Assembly (NCBI GenBank): GCA_963845065.1 | Contig: CAWJQQ010000005.1 | Span: 192,001-256,000 of the forward strand | Direction: 5' to 3' | Length of the DNA: 64,000 bases | DNA from: Nitrospirota bacterium | GTDB lineage: Bacteria > Nitrospirota > UBA9217 | Shown: piece after piece, positions 28,304 through 38,315 of the stretch | How the letters are laid out: each line of letters starts with the position of its first letter | Numbering within the stretch: the first letter of the stretch is position 1 | The notes under the pieces: generated by a model | The model's database searches: none | Told to the model about the DNA's origin: nothing | What the model saw: the letters and a program-made list of their open reading frames with translations, nothing else | Translations under genes and position numbers: made by a program

Positions 28304-29500
28304 GTGCGCCCGGCAGGGCGCACTCACTTGGAGGTGTTCTCTACGGACCCTGATGACGGGAACCGTTAGTCGAACCGCAAGGGCTGCTGCCGCGAGGCGG
28401 GGTCTGAAGGAATTGGAATGCAAATCCCTGGCCCGAAGAACATGAAGCGCATACGAGGCAGCTGCGTCTGGGCGAGAAGGCTAAAAGGTTCAAAGCCCGA
28501 TAGTCATCCAGAAGACGCGGAAGTATATGCGACGGGTATATGGGGAGAAATTGGGTGTGCAATACCCGGGGAGGTCTGCAAGCTTGCTTCGGCTACCACC
28601 GTCAAGAGACGGCGGGATGAGCTTGCAGAAGTCAGCCGAGGGCATATTAGTCGCTGCGCACAACAATGAAGGCCCGACCAAGGAAGGACGAAGGGGTGCC
28701 GAAACCTCGATGGATGAAGCAGACGCGCAAAGGAAGGCTGAGAATCCGGAGGACTCCAGGAAGGTAGCGGGCGGAACCCGCAAGCATACGGCGAGGGAGC
28801 GTCAAGCGTCCGCGGCAGCAGAGGAGAACGCCCAGCCGGAAGCGACAAATCTCTTAGAGGAGGTATTGCGCCATGAGAACCTGCTAGCAGCCTTACATCG
28901 CGTCCAGTCGAACAAGGGAGCACCGGGAGTCGACGGCATGACCGTTCTCGAACTCACGCCCTACCTTAAGACGAACTGGCCGCGCATCCGGGAGGAGTTG
29001 CTGAGCGGACAGTATGACCCCGCGCCTGTCCCTCGGATAGAAATACCGAAGCAGGACGGAAAGGGAATGCGGCTGCTCGGAATCCCCACCGTGCTCGATC
29101 GGTTCATCGAACAAGCGGTATTGCAGGTACTCACCCCTATCTTCGATCCAGAATTTAGCGAAAGCAGCCACGGCTTCCGTCCTGGACGCGGCTGTCATGG
29201 CGCAGTCAAAGCAGCTCGCGCCCATGTGGAAGCAGGCTATCGCTTTGTGGTGAATCATCGGCGTACCGGCAGAAGTGGTGGCCTCTCGGAGATCACCCGA
29301 AAGGGACGGGGACGCTCACTGCCGAAGGTGATTGCCGAACTAACGACATACCTTCGCGGATGGGTAAATGGCTACAACAGCAGGGACTCATGAGCCTTCT
29401 TGCAGAGCATCGACGCTTTACAAACCTTGCATGAACCGCCGTATGCCGAACGGCACGGTGGTGTGAGAGGCTGGGGCCGGAAGGTCCCCGCCTACTCGAT
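28304..29500 (+). mobile_element. Group II intron (class C/IIC), internally deleted
   Basis: 5' GTGCG directly after a terminator hairpin; domain V GAACCGCCG...GGTGGTGTGAGAGG and domain VI ending CTACTCGAT. Confidence 0.88.
28710..29393 (+). pseudogene. ltrA: Intron-encoded RT/maturase with RT3-7 deleted
   Basis: NKGAPGVDG, EIPK...RLLGIPTVLDRFIEQA, SHGFRPGRG then jumps to X-domain (ITRKGRGRSL...LRGWVNGY); no YADD. Confidence 0.85.
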
Positions 29501-29538
29501 ATCCTCGATTTACACCGCCATTATTCCGCTTGATAAGT

Positions 29539-30606
29539 TTATCCAGTTGCAGTTGAGGATAGGAAATTAAAGAGCGACTGAGAGAGAATCTGTGCTGCTG
29601 TCGATTCAAGGGCCTGCAATGCCGTACTGGTCTGCGAAAGCTGGAGTGCGATCTGGTTCGTGTTGGCGTCTTCAACAGTAGATTGCTGGTCTTGCAAGGT
29701 AGTTATGTTTTGAGTGAGTAGGGACGTCTGGTCAGTAAGAGCGTTAATCCTGGTGCCAACATCAGATTGGAGAGCATTCACCTGTTCCTGCATATCATTC
29801 AAGGGCGCGGTCATAGCCTCAATACGAGACGTATCATTTGTGCTGAGGGCAGAGCTGACGATATTAGCCATGTCCATCGCATTTGAAAAACTGAATGTGT
29901 CTGTAGCCCCGCCACCAGCCGGTGTTATCGTAACTGTGGTCGTGGTTGCGCCTGTAGCTGCATTGGTAACGGCAGCATATTGCGCTGTATCGCCGTCGTT
30001 TAAAGTGACCGGGGTTGTAGGAAGAGCACTAGCGGATAAACTGAAGGCATCGTTGCCTGTTACATTGGCTTGCATGGTCTGGCCCCCACCGATCGGGATA
30101 TTAAGCGCGCCGTTATCACCCTGATAGACATATGCGGTGGAAGGGACTGTGCCGACGACAGGCTGGTTTTGAATGGTGTATGGCTGCTGGTTAGTTTTAA
30201 ATCCTGAAAAGAGATATTCGCTACCGTTTTGAGTGTTCGCGTAACTGTAAAGCGCGTCCCGCAATTGTGATGCCTGATCAGAGAGCGTCGCCGATTCTGC
30301 CGTAGTCGAGCTGCTCGAACTCGAAATTAAACTTGTTAATGTTGATAATGTACTCGAGACTCCTGTAAGAGCATTGTTCGTCAGATTAAGATCCGTCGTA
30401 GCATCGTTTATGTTATTCTCGTACTGGTTATTGCTATTTATATTTACTTGATAATCCATGGCACGTATCGTTCCTGCAACATCATCAGAAGGCTGAAGTA
30501 TCTTCTTTCCTGTCGATAGTTCGTTTGTCAGTTCCGAATCAGTCGTCTGAAAGTTCTGCATACCACTTAGCATCTGAGTGTATAAGATAGAATTGGCTAT
30601 TCGCAT
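29539..30606 (-). CDS. flgL: Flagellar hook-associated protein 3
   Basis: LSTGKKILQPSDD, YLFSGFK, flagellin-like termini; downstream of flgK. Confidence 0.9.
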   Translation of the reverse strand: MRIANSILYTQMLSGMQNFQTTDSELTNELSTGKKILQPSDDVAGTIRAMDYQVNINSNNQYENNINDATTDLNLTNNALTGVSSTLSTLTSLISSSSSSTTAESATLSDQASQLRDALYSYANTQNGSEYLFSGFKTNQQPYTIQNQPVVGTVPSTAYVYQGDNGALNIPIGGGQTMQANVTGNDAFSLSASALPTTPVTLNDGDTAQYAAVTNAATGATTTTVTITPAGGGATDTFSFSNAMDMANIVSSALSTNDTSRIEAMTAPLNDMQEQVNALQSDVGTRINALTDQTSLLTQNITTLQDQQSTVEDANTNQIALQLSQTSTALQALESTAAQILSQSLFNFLSSTATG

Positions 30607-30711
30607 GGCCTTACCCCGTTCACTACAGCCACTAGATTCCGTTAGTGGAGAAAATCACCAAGTAGATTCTGAGAGTTTTTCATGTTCTGTTCATTTTGGA
30701 ACGAAATGTTC

Positions 30712-32337
30712 TCACGTAATGAGAGCGAGAAGCGACTGGACTAGTTCACCAGCCACTTTGATCACCTGTTCTCCGGCCTCATAGGCATTCTGGTACATCA
30801 TGAGATTGGTTGCCTCTTGGTCAAGCGACACGCCTGAAGCCGAATTGCAGCTCGACTGTAGCTGAGACAGGAGGTTGTTGTTATAAGTCAGGCTGTCGGA
30901 TGTGTTCTGATTGGTCGATCCGACTGTGGCCACTATGCCGCTGTAGTAGTCTGAAAAAGTTTCGCCTCCGAGGGAATCAATCGGTGAGTTTGCAAGCTGA
31001 GATATCAGGTTCGCGTTTGTATTGTCCCCGGGGGCTCCCGCTGCCGTAGACGCGGCGGCTATCTGGTTAGGATCGGTAATTGCAACGGCTAAACTACTGA
31101 TGGCGGTGGGAAGAGGGCTGCCGATGGTGAAGCTGTCAGTATTCGACACCGCGCCAGTGATGGTGAAGCTTAGACCGTTGTAGTTTATGGGACTTCCCGA
31201 GGCATAAGCGCCGGTCGTAAGAAGCGCTCCTGTCTGCTTATTGTTGATATTGTAAGCGGTACCCGCCGCGTTGAAAGTAACCGTGTATTCATTCGTCGTA
31301 AGAGCGGCAGGGCTGATGACGTTCGGCTGTGTGATACTTGCTGAGGCAGAGTTGTTGACCGTGGGGACTTTCAAACTAAAAAAATTATTTCCCTTGAGCC
31401 CATCGAGGTCATATCCCTGACTCTGCAAGCTGTTCACCTGTTGTGCTATTGAGGCGACGAGCAAGTTAAGCCCTGCCAGTGTTGTTGTCTGGATGCCGTT
31501 CCTGGCTTGGATAAGACCGCCGATGTCGCCGCCCTGAATGTTCGATGTGATATCGGTGCCGCCGAGAATCACAGTTGTATTGCCGTTCGTGTCCGTACCC
31601 GTTGTCATCTGGTTGGTCTGGTTGCCGGACACGAGATTCTGATTGCCGACGACCACGGTAAGCGATCCATTCTGGTCTGTGTACGACGTAAAGTCGACGA
31701 GTTTGGATAGTGACGTCAGCGCAGCATCCTGCTGGTCTTGAAGATCATTCGTATCTGTTCCGTTCGCTTGCGCTACTACTATTTGCTGGTTTAAACCCGC
31801 AATTTGTGAGGCGAGAGAATCTATTTGAGTAGCATCGCTCGAGATATTGGTGTTATCGTTGCTCACTGTATCGTTGATGCTGCTCTCAATGGACTGTGCC
31901 GTTTGGACAAATGTATTCGCATCTTGTAGCAATTGTGTACGTGCCGCCGAATTCTGTGGCTCAGTAGCCACGTCGTTCCAGTCGTTGAAGAAATTTGCGA
32001 GCGGTGTCGAAAGCCCAATGCCCTGAGACTCGTTCAATACATCCTGTACTTGTCCCCAGGACGTATTTAGGGAAGCGGATGCGCTCTGCTGTTGCTGTTC
32101 GTTCTGAAGCTGGGCCTCTAAAAAACTATTGTAGCTGCGCGTGACGCTTGTAGCCGTCACGCCGTTACCGACCTGGCCGCCGCCGGTACCGGATGTGGAT
32201 GCGATTTGAAGCGTAACCGACTCCTCACAATAGTTGGGGGTGTTGACGTTCGCGATATTATTGCTGGTCACGGCGAGTGCGGCCTTGTTTGCGGTAAGCG
32301 CCGATTCCCCGATATTATAGAGGCTGGAGATAGACAT
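30712..32337 (-). CDS. flgK: Flagellar hook-associated protein 1
   Basis: SNNIANVNTPNY, GNGV, SGVSLDQEATNLMMYQNAY. Confidence 0.93.
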   Translation of the reverse strand: MSISSLYNIGESALTANKAALAVTSNNIANVNTPNYCEESVTLQIASTSGTGGGQVGNGVTATSVTRSYNSFLEAQLQNEQQQQSASASLNTSWGQVQDVLNESQGIGLSTPLANFFNDWNDVATEPQNSAARTQLLQDANTFVQTAQSIESSINDTVSNDNTNISSDATQIDSLASQIAGLNQQIVVAQANGTDTNDLQDQQDAALTSLSKLVDFTSYTDQNGSLTVVVGNQNLVSGNQTNQMTTGTDTNGNTTVILGGTDITSNIQGGDIGGLIQARNGIQTTTLAGLNLLVASIAQQVNSLQSQGYDLDGLKGNNFFSLKVPTVNNSASASITQPNVISPAALTTNEYTVTFNAAGTAYNINNKQTGALLTTGAYASGSPINYNGLSFTITGAVSNTDSFTIGSPLPTAISSLAVAITDPNQIAAASTAAGAPGDNTNANLISQLANSPIDSLGGETFSDYYSGIVATVGSTNQNTSDSLTYNNNLLSQLQSSCNSASGVSLDQEATNLMMYQNAYEAGEQVIKVAGELVQSLLALIT

Positions 32338-32793
32338 CTAGGCTTCCCTCGACAAACGGGAACCAGATTTATTGGACTGTACGGTCACTCCAATGGAACC
32401 AAGAAAGTTCAGTGAATTTTTTACTACCGTAACCGAACGCTCAATCAATACCCGGTTGAAACCGTTTAGTTCAGTGATGCTTTGGAGGAGGGAGATGAGC
32501 TGCATCCGCAGTCGCTGAAAGGAATCATCGCCGGTCACCTTGCTTAAAGTCTGAAATGCGGCCTGCTCGTCAATAGCGTGTTCCGCGACAAAAGACTTAA
32601 CGAGCCGGATGCGCTCTTCTTCGAGGAGTTTCAACTTGAGGACAACGGTGTCCTTCTCCTTTGAAAGGGTCTCTACTTCCGGCGCATTCAAGTGAAGCAG
32701 GCATTCGCGCTCCTGCTGAAGTATATCGAGCAGCATACGGTAAGCGTTGACCTGCTCGGTGAGAATGCACTTTATGTTTTCGTCAGTGCTCAT
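32338..32793 (-). CDS. flgN: Flagellar chaperone FlgN
   Basis: Helical, position between flgM and flgK, N..LIERS motif. Confidence 0.8.
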   Translation of the reverse strand: MSTDENIKCILTEQVNAYRMLLDILQQERECLLHLNAPEVETLSKEKDTVVLKLKLLEEERIRLVKSFVAEHAIDEQAAFQTLSKVTGDDSFQRLRMQLISLLQSITELNGFNRVLIERSVTVVKNSLNFLGSIGVTVQSNKSGSRLSREA

Positions 32794-33098
32794 ATGTTTT
32801 TTAGTATCTTGTCAGCAACCTTGCTCGAATCTATGGAATAGGTGCCGGCTTCGACGCTTTGTTGGACTTGCTGGACTTTGTCAGTCCGCACATCCGGAAG
32901 CTGGTTGATCGCTGACATAATATCGGCGATTACCTTGCTCCTGCTCGAGATGTCCACCCGGTCCGTTGGGTTCGTATTTTTGGCCGCCGCCGTGTTGTCC
33001 GTTGACTCAACGTTCGAAAGCTTTGATGCGTTTTGCGTCGGCTGGGCAATCCGGTTCAGTCCTTGGCCTTCGGGGGGCGCGCTAGAATTGATATTCAT
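32790..33098 (-). CDS. flgM: Anti-sigma28 factor FlgM
   Basis: DRVDISSRS...VRTDKVQQVQQSVEAGTYSIDSSKVADKI. Confidence 0.9.
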   Translation of the reverse strand: MNINSSAPPEGQGLNRIAQPTQNASKLSNVESTDNTAAAKNTNPTDRVDISSRSKVIADIMSAINQLPDVRTDKVQQVQQSVEAGTYSIDSSKVADKILKNI

Positions 33099-33137
33099 AT
33101 TGAAGTTCTCCTTTGCGAGCTAAGATTTGTGTTTTTC

Positions 33138-33164
33138 TTATCGGCTATTTCCTGAAAAACTTTA
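33138..33164 (-). promoter_or_regulatory. sigma28 promoter of flgMNKL
   Basis: TAAA-N15-GCCGATAA perfect consensus. Confidence 0.88.
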
Positions 33165-33167
33165 ATC

Positions 33168-33917
33168 TTACTTGAGGGTAAGGAGCATGCCGGGGTCAAC
33201 ATTTTGACCCTTATAGGCGACTTCAAAATGAATATGCGGGCCCGTCGATTTTCCGGTTGAACCGACGCGGGCTATAATGGACGCTGAATCTACCTTCTCT
33301 CCTTCTTTTACGAGATTTATCTGATTATGCGCGTACTTAGAAGTAAAGCCATTTCCGTGATCGATGACAACCACATTTCCATATCCCGATTGCTTACCGC
33401 TGTAGAGGACTGTACCCGGCCTGACCGGATGTATATCTGTTCCCTCCGGTGCCGGGATATCAAGACCCTGATGAAATTTTAGCTCTCCACTGAAAGGATC
33501 ATGCCTCATGCCATAGCCGGAGCTGATCCGAGGGCTGGCAACGTCGGGAAGCAGATCCTTGATGTCCGCTAGAACGGACTGCTTCTGCGAGTGTACCTGT
33601 TGGGAAGACGGTGTAATCATTTGGCCCGTATTATTGGCCTTTGCCGAAACTGCTTTTTCAATCATATCCGACAGACCAAGGCCACGCTCGGATAGGACCT
33701 TTGAGAGTTCCATATCGAACATAGACGTGTACGTATCGTTGCCGAGGCCGCCTGTTGACGATGTTCCCGAGGCTTCTCGCATGACTTTTAGCATCTCGTA
33801 GACAAAAAGCGACTCCATCTGTTTGGCTACTGCTTTGATGGCCGCAGGGTCTTTGCTGTTGCTGGGTGTTTCGATATTGCCCAGAAGGGGCTGCTGAATG
33901 CTCAACAGATCCTGCAT
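33168..33917 (-). CDS. flgJ: FlgJ rod-binding domain fused to M23 peptidase
   Basis: AKQMESLFVYEMLKVMR...GLGLSDMI plus HQGLD, YAHN, STGPHIHFEV. Confidence 0.82.
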   Translation of the reverse strand: MQDLLSIQQPLLGNIETPSNSKDPAAIKAVAKQMESLFVYEMLKVMREASGTSSTGGLGNDTYTSMFDMELSKVLSERGLGLSDMIEKAVSAKANNTGQMITPSSQQVHSQKQSVLADIKDLLPDVASPRISSGYGMRHDPFSGELKFHQGLDIPAPEGTDIHPVRPGTVLYSGKQSGYGNVVVIDHGNGFTSKYAHNQINLVKEGEKVDSASIIARVGSTGKSTGPHIHFEVAYKGQNVDPGMLLTLK

Positions 33918-35083
33918 CAGATGATCTCCATCTCAGCTTGGAGGGCGCCGGCGGCCTTGAGCGCCTGGAGGATTGATACCAGGTCCCGGGGTGTGACGCC
34001 AAGGGCATTAAGCCCTCGTACTACCTCTCCGAGTGTGGCGCCAGACATTTGCACGAGTGAAGCGTTTTGCTCTTTCACGTTCACGGTTTTTGTTGGCACA
34101 ACCACGGTCTGGGCCGAGCTCGGCGCGTGTGGAGGCGGTTGCGAAACATAGTACTCGGTTTTGATCTCGATGGTCAAGTTTCCGTGGGCAATCGCGACCG
34201 GAGAAATCCTTACATTCTCGCCGATTGTGACCGTTCCCGTGCGCTCGTTGATCACGACGAGCGCCGGCATATCCACGGTCACGTCAAGACTTTCCACAAG
34301 GGAAATCAGTTTGACTAGATTGCCTTGATACTGTTTGGGGATCATTATTTTCACCGTCGTCGGATCAAGAGCCGTGGCGATTGTCTCGTCGCCCAGCGCT
34401 TCGTTGATCTTCCGGGCTACCTCCGTCGCGGTAGTGAAATCCGGTCGCTGTAAAAAGAGCCTGATCTCGTTCCCGGAGCCAAGCGTGAACGGTGGTTCGT
34501 TTTCAATGGTAACACCGCTTGGCACTCTGCCGGCAGTCGTATGGTTCTTTTGGACCGACGTGCCGCCGCCTCCGCCGATAAACCCGCCGACCGACACTGC
34601 TCCCTGCGCCAACGCATATACTTTGCCATCCGGCCCTTTGAGCGGAGCGAGGAGTAGGGTCCCTCCCTGCAGGCTCTTGGCGTCGCCGATCGCCGAGACG
34701 AGGGCGTCCAGCTTCATGCCCGGCTTCGGAAAAGGCGGGAGCGAGGCTGTTATTATGACGGCCGCGACGTCCTTTGTCTTAATATCGCTAGCTGGCACGG
34801 TCGCTCCCATCCGCTTCAGCATATTGACCATGACATCGATCGTCTGGTTGCCTGTGTCACCCACGCCGGCAAGACCGGCCACGAGGCCGAAACCGACCAG
34901 CTGGTTATCTCGCATGCCTTCAAAGCTAGCGATGTCTTTGATGCGCTCGGCGTGAGAGGCAATAGGCAGTAGGCAGAAAATGGCAACCAGGGACAGGCAA
35001 AGAAACACGCGAAGTTGCTGCCATCGATGTGCAGTGTCTACATTCTGCTTTTTATTTTCTGAAGTCCTCGTTAAAATGGCCAT
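33917..35083 (-). CDS. flgI: Flagellar P-ring protein
   Basis: RIKDIA, NQLVGFGLVAGL, DAKSLQGGTLL, ILQALKAAGAL. Confidence 0.95.
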   Translation of the reverse strand: MAILTRTSENKKQNVDTAHRWQQLRVFLCLSLVAIFCLLPIASHAERIKDIASFEGMRDNQLVGFGLVAGLAGVGDTGNQTIDVMVNMLKRMGATVPASDIKTKDVAAVIITASLPPFPKPGMKLDALVSAIGDAKSLQGGTLLLAPLKGPDGKVYALAQGAVSVGGFIGGGGGTSVQKNHTTAGRVPSGVTIENEPPFTLGSGNEIRLFLQRPDFTTATEVARKINEALGDETIATALDPTTVKIMIPKQYQGNLVKLISLVESLDVTVDMPALVVINERTGTVTIGENVRISPVAIAHGNLTIEIKTEYYVSQPPPHAPSSAQTVVVPTKTVNVKEQNASLVQMSGATLGEVVRGLNALGVTPRDLVSILQALKAAGALQAEMEII

Positions 35084-35865
35084 ATTTTATCCATTACTTT
35101 TACAAGCCAACCTGTGTTCTGCTTGTTCTGGAGCTCTCCTTCGCCGACGAAAAAGACCTCGGCGTCCGAGATTCGGCTGCTCAGGACCGAATTGTCCACG
35201 GCGATATCGTTAGGCTGGACAAAACCACGAAGGATGAGTGTCTGTTTTTCGTTATTGAACGTGATCTCTTTTCTAGCCTCGATCGAGAGAATGCCGTTCG
35301 GCATCACTTCGACGACTTTTCCAGTGATCGTTCCCACAATGCTTGCCGCCCTGTCCGTTTCCCCGCTGCCAGTAAAAGCCTCCGTATTAGAACCGTTTAC
35401 TGTTGGAGAGAATGTGTTGCCCTTGCCGAAGAGGTTAGACAGGTTCAGGTTTGTGGGTATGCCTAGCAGGTTGCTGATGCTTGCGTCGACGCTTGATGCC
35501 TTGTTTGCCGTCGTGTCTGCCGTACCAGTTGCGGATATATTTTCTGCGACGTTGATGGTGACAAGATCGTTCAAACGATGCGCCTTCACATCTTCGTACA
35601 GGCTTGCCTTATCGCAATAGAGTGAGTTGATTCCTCTGGCCGGTATCCGGGTATCGTCGGTAGTCTGGTTCTGGTAGACGTACCGCGGCGGGGGCGGAGG
35701 AAGCTTGTGTGTGGTAGCGCAGGAAAATAAGACCAGAAGACAGAGGACAGAGGACAGAGGAAAGATAGTTGCGAGATTCAATATCAGCATTGATGTCTGA
35801 TGCTTTTTATTATTTGTTTCGTCTCTTTTTTCTGACTTCTGCTTTCTTCTTTCCATTTTCATCAT
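35071..35865 (-). CDS. flgH: Flagellar L-ring protein
   Basis: Lipobox LFSC, LYEDVKA..NDLVTI, VVEVMPNG, GWLVKVMDKIWPF; start uncertain. Confidence 0.92.
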   Translation of the reverse strand: MMKMERRKQKSEKRDETNNKKHQTSMLILNLATIFPLSSVLCLLVLFSCATTHKLPPPPPRYVYQNQTTDDTRIPARGINSLYCDKASLYEDVKAHRLNDLVTINVAENISATGTADTTANKASSVDASISNLLGIPTNLNLSNLFGKGNTFSPTVNGSNTEAFTGSGETDRAASIVGTITGKVVEVMPNGILSIEARKEITFNNEKQTLILRGFVQPNDIAVDNSVLSSRISDAEVFFVGEGELQNKQNTGWLVKVMDKIWPF

Positions 35866-35866
35866 C

Positions 35867-36616
35867 TTAATAGTCCACCTGGATCGTGTCCTGGTCCACT
35901 AACAAACCGGTCACGGTCTTTTTCGATGATAGGTTAATTGCTTTTACGTAATCACCGACCTGAGCGTCCTGGCTGGTTTCGCCCATGACTTTTATAGAAA
36001 AACCCGACGAAGCGACATAAAGAACAACAGGATGGCCCCTTTTCACGATCGGTGTCTCTGACACCATGGCATCGGTAATGGGCATGTTCTGGACGATGGA
36101 GTGGATGAGCGGTTTCCCGATGAGCCGGTTTTCCTCCCGCACGGCGCCCTGCGGGATGCGACAGGTTTCCATCAGCGTCGGATAAATATCGTCCTGGTGT
36201 AAAACGTAGTCTTTTCGCAATGCAGTTCTGCTCATAAAGACCCGATCAAAGGTCTTGATCATCGCTGTTACCGTTATGCTATTGTTCTTTCGGAACTCGA
36301 AACGGAACACTGACCGACCAGGAGGGGTTTTTTCAACAAAGATGGCAGCGGGCGGCTCAGTAGGAGGGAAAACGCTCATCTGGAGATCGCTGATATCCAC
36401 TTCCGCCCAAGGGTAGTGTTTCTGAAGGTAGGTCCTAAGTTCGCTTTCAGGACTCCAGGTTGCGGCAGAAGCAACGGCAGGCAAGATCAGCAAAAAAAAG
36501 AGTGCTAAGCAAACTAAGAGGACGTTGGGCGAAAAAACAGAGTAGATGGGGGAAAAACACTCACTAAGCCCAATATGTTTGTATTCCGTATTCCGCATTA
36601 TGCACTCCGAATTCAT
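35867..36616 (-). CDS. flgA: P-ring assembly chaperone FlgA
   Basis: SAF-like region, PIVKRGHPV...GDYVKAINLSSKK; start uncertain. Confidence 0.85.
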   Translation of the reverse strand: MNSECIMRNTEYKHIGLSECFSPIYSVFSPNVLLVCLALFFLLILPAVASAATWSPESELRTYLQKHYPWAEVDISDLQMSVFPPTEPPAAIFVEKTPPGRSVFRFEFRKNNSITVTAMIKTFDRVFMSRTALRKDYVLHQDDIYPTLMETCRIPQGAVREENRLIGKPLIHSIVQNMPITDAMVSETPIVKRGHPVVLYVASSGFSIKVMGETSQDAQVGDYVKAINLSSKKTVTGLLVDQDTIQVDY

Positions 36617-36622
36617 ACCATA

Positions 36623-37411
36623 CTATTGATTCATTTGGTTCACGATCTGTAGCATCTGATCGGAAGCCTGGACGGCCTTGGAGTTGATCTCGTAGGCCCG
36701 TTGGGCCACGATCATGTTTACCATCTCTTCGACGACGTCCACGTTGCTATTTTCAATGTATCCTTGCGAGATGGTGCCGAGCCCGCTGGCCCCTGGGTTG
36801 GCAGTCGTGGGATCTCCTGACGAACCTGTTGGCTGGAAAAGATTCTTGCCGAGAGAGTTGAGTCCTCCGGGGTTTATGAAGTTTGCCAGCACGAATTGGC
36901 CGACCTGCTTCGGCGTCGTGCTACCGGCCTGCGTCACCGATATCTGGCCGTCGGAACTGATGCTGATGTTCGTGGTATTCGATGGAATGGTGATCGTCGG
37001 TTCCAGAGGATAGCCGTCGGAATTAACGATCTGCCCGTCACTGTTGAGCTTGAACGAGCCGTCCCGACTGTAAGCCGTGGTGCCGTCGGGCATCTGGATC
37101 TGAAAAAAGCCGTCGCCCTCGATAGCCGTATCCAGATTGTTACCTGTTTGTTGATAATTGCCCTGTAGAAAAATTTTCTGGACCGAGACAGGTTTTACGC
37201 CCATACCGACCTGGATTCCGGACGGGATTTCCAAGGTTTCCGCAGACGTGGCGCCCGGGGTCCTGATGGTCTGGTAGAGAAGGTCCTGGAAGTCGGCCCG
37301 GCTTTTTTTGAAGCCTGTCGTACTGACGTTTGCTAGGTTGTTGGATATCACGGTGATGCTCAAATTCTGCGCTTCCATGCCTGTTGCGGCGATATAGAGT
37401 GATCTTTGCAT
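36623..37411 (-). CDS. flgG: Distal rod protein FlgG
   Basis: [46 protein letters not shown]. Confidence 0.96.
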   Translation of the reverse strand: MQRSLYIAATGMEAQNLSITVISNNLANVSTTGFKKSRADFQDLLYQTIRTPGATSAETLEIPSGIQVGMGVKPVSVQKIFLQGNYQQTGNNLDTAIEGDGFFQIQMPDGTTAYSRDGSFKLNSDGQIVNSDGYPLEPTITIPSNTTNISISSDGQISVTQAGSTTPKQVGQFVLANFINPGGLNSLGKNLFQPTGSSGDPTTANPGASGLGTISQGYIENSNVDVVEEMVNMIVAQRAYEINSKAVQASDQMLQIVNQMNQ

Positions 37412-38140
37412 TTAGAGGCTCCCTAATTGAGTAGTGACCGTTTTGGTGGCGCTGTCAAACATCTGAATAGCCTTTTGATAAGACTCGAACTCCCGCTGGG
37501 TTTCGATCATTTGCACCATTTCCTTTATGGGATCAACGTTCGAGGTTTCGATATATCCTTGTTTAATTGTCGCTGTCGACGGCGTTCCTTCACCGCTGAA
37601 GGTATACATCCCATCGCCTTCCTCACTCATGGCTGCATCCGGACCGAAGTTCATGATCTTGATGGTATCGATTTGCGTCGGCTGCGTATTGCCTGCCTGC
37701 TCGACCGATACCTTGCCTCCAAGATCGATATTGATTTGGACGCTATCAGCCGGCAACTGTATCGGGCCGCCCGTGCCCATGACCTTGATCCCGTCATGGT
37801 TGGTAAGATAGCCGTCACTGTCCTCTTTGAGGTCTCCCCGGCGCGTATACCGATCACCGTCAAGCGCAATGAAGCCGTCTCCTTCAAGGGCGACATCAAG
37901 TTTATTGCCGGTACTGACGGTGGTACCGCTCGACTGATCGATTTTGGAGGCGGAAAAATCGCTCATGTCCCGACCATCGGGCTCAGTGCCTGTATCCGGT
38001 TGCACGAGATAATCTTTGAAAGCCAGCGTGTCCTTCTTGTAGCCGGCAGTATTCGCGTTGGATAAATTTTGCGTTATCGTATCCATCTGCGTCTGCATCA
38101 ATACGGCACCGGAAACCGCTATATACATTCCTTTATACAT
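37412..38140 (-). CDS. flgF: Proximal rod protein FlgF
   Basis: NLSNANTAGYKKD, YTRRG, SNVDPIKEMVQMI. Confidence 0.9.
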   Translation of the reverse strand: MYKGMYIAVSGAVLMQTQMDTITQNLSNANTAGYKKDTLAFKDYLVQPDTGTEPDGRDMSDFSASKIDQSSGTTVSTGNKLDVALEGDGFIALDGDRYTRRGDLKEDSDGYLTNHDGIKVMGTGGPIQLPADSVQINIDLGGKVSVEQAGNTQPTQIDTIKIMNFGPDAAMSEEGDGMYTFSGEGTPSTATIKQGYIETSNVDPIKEMVQMIETQREFESYQKAIQMFDSATKTVTTQLGSL

Positions 38141-38155
38141 GTCACCCCTTGAAAT

Positions 38156-38171
38156 AGCAAGTCTTATGCCA
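38156..38171 (-). promoter_or_regulatory. sigma54 promoter of flgF operon
   Basis: TGGCATAAGACTTGCT (-24 GG/-12 GC). Confidence 0.85.
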
Positions 38172-38315
38172 GCAAGCTATATTCTATAGTTTCTCTGTGG
38201 TACTAAGGAAATTAATTGTATATTCAATGCCATCACTGCGAGCTATTTTGCAGAACATGAATGAGAATCGCTCTCTAATGCCCGGAAAAAAATTCCCGCT
38301 GAGGTAAAAATTACC

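Noticed and set aside
28527..29393. Retron, DGR or defence RT associated with the island
   Set aside because: It lies outside attR, inside clear group IIC intron boundaries, and lacks the catalytic YxDD; no TR/VR repeats or msr-msd seen.
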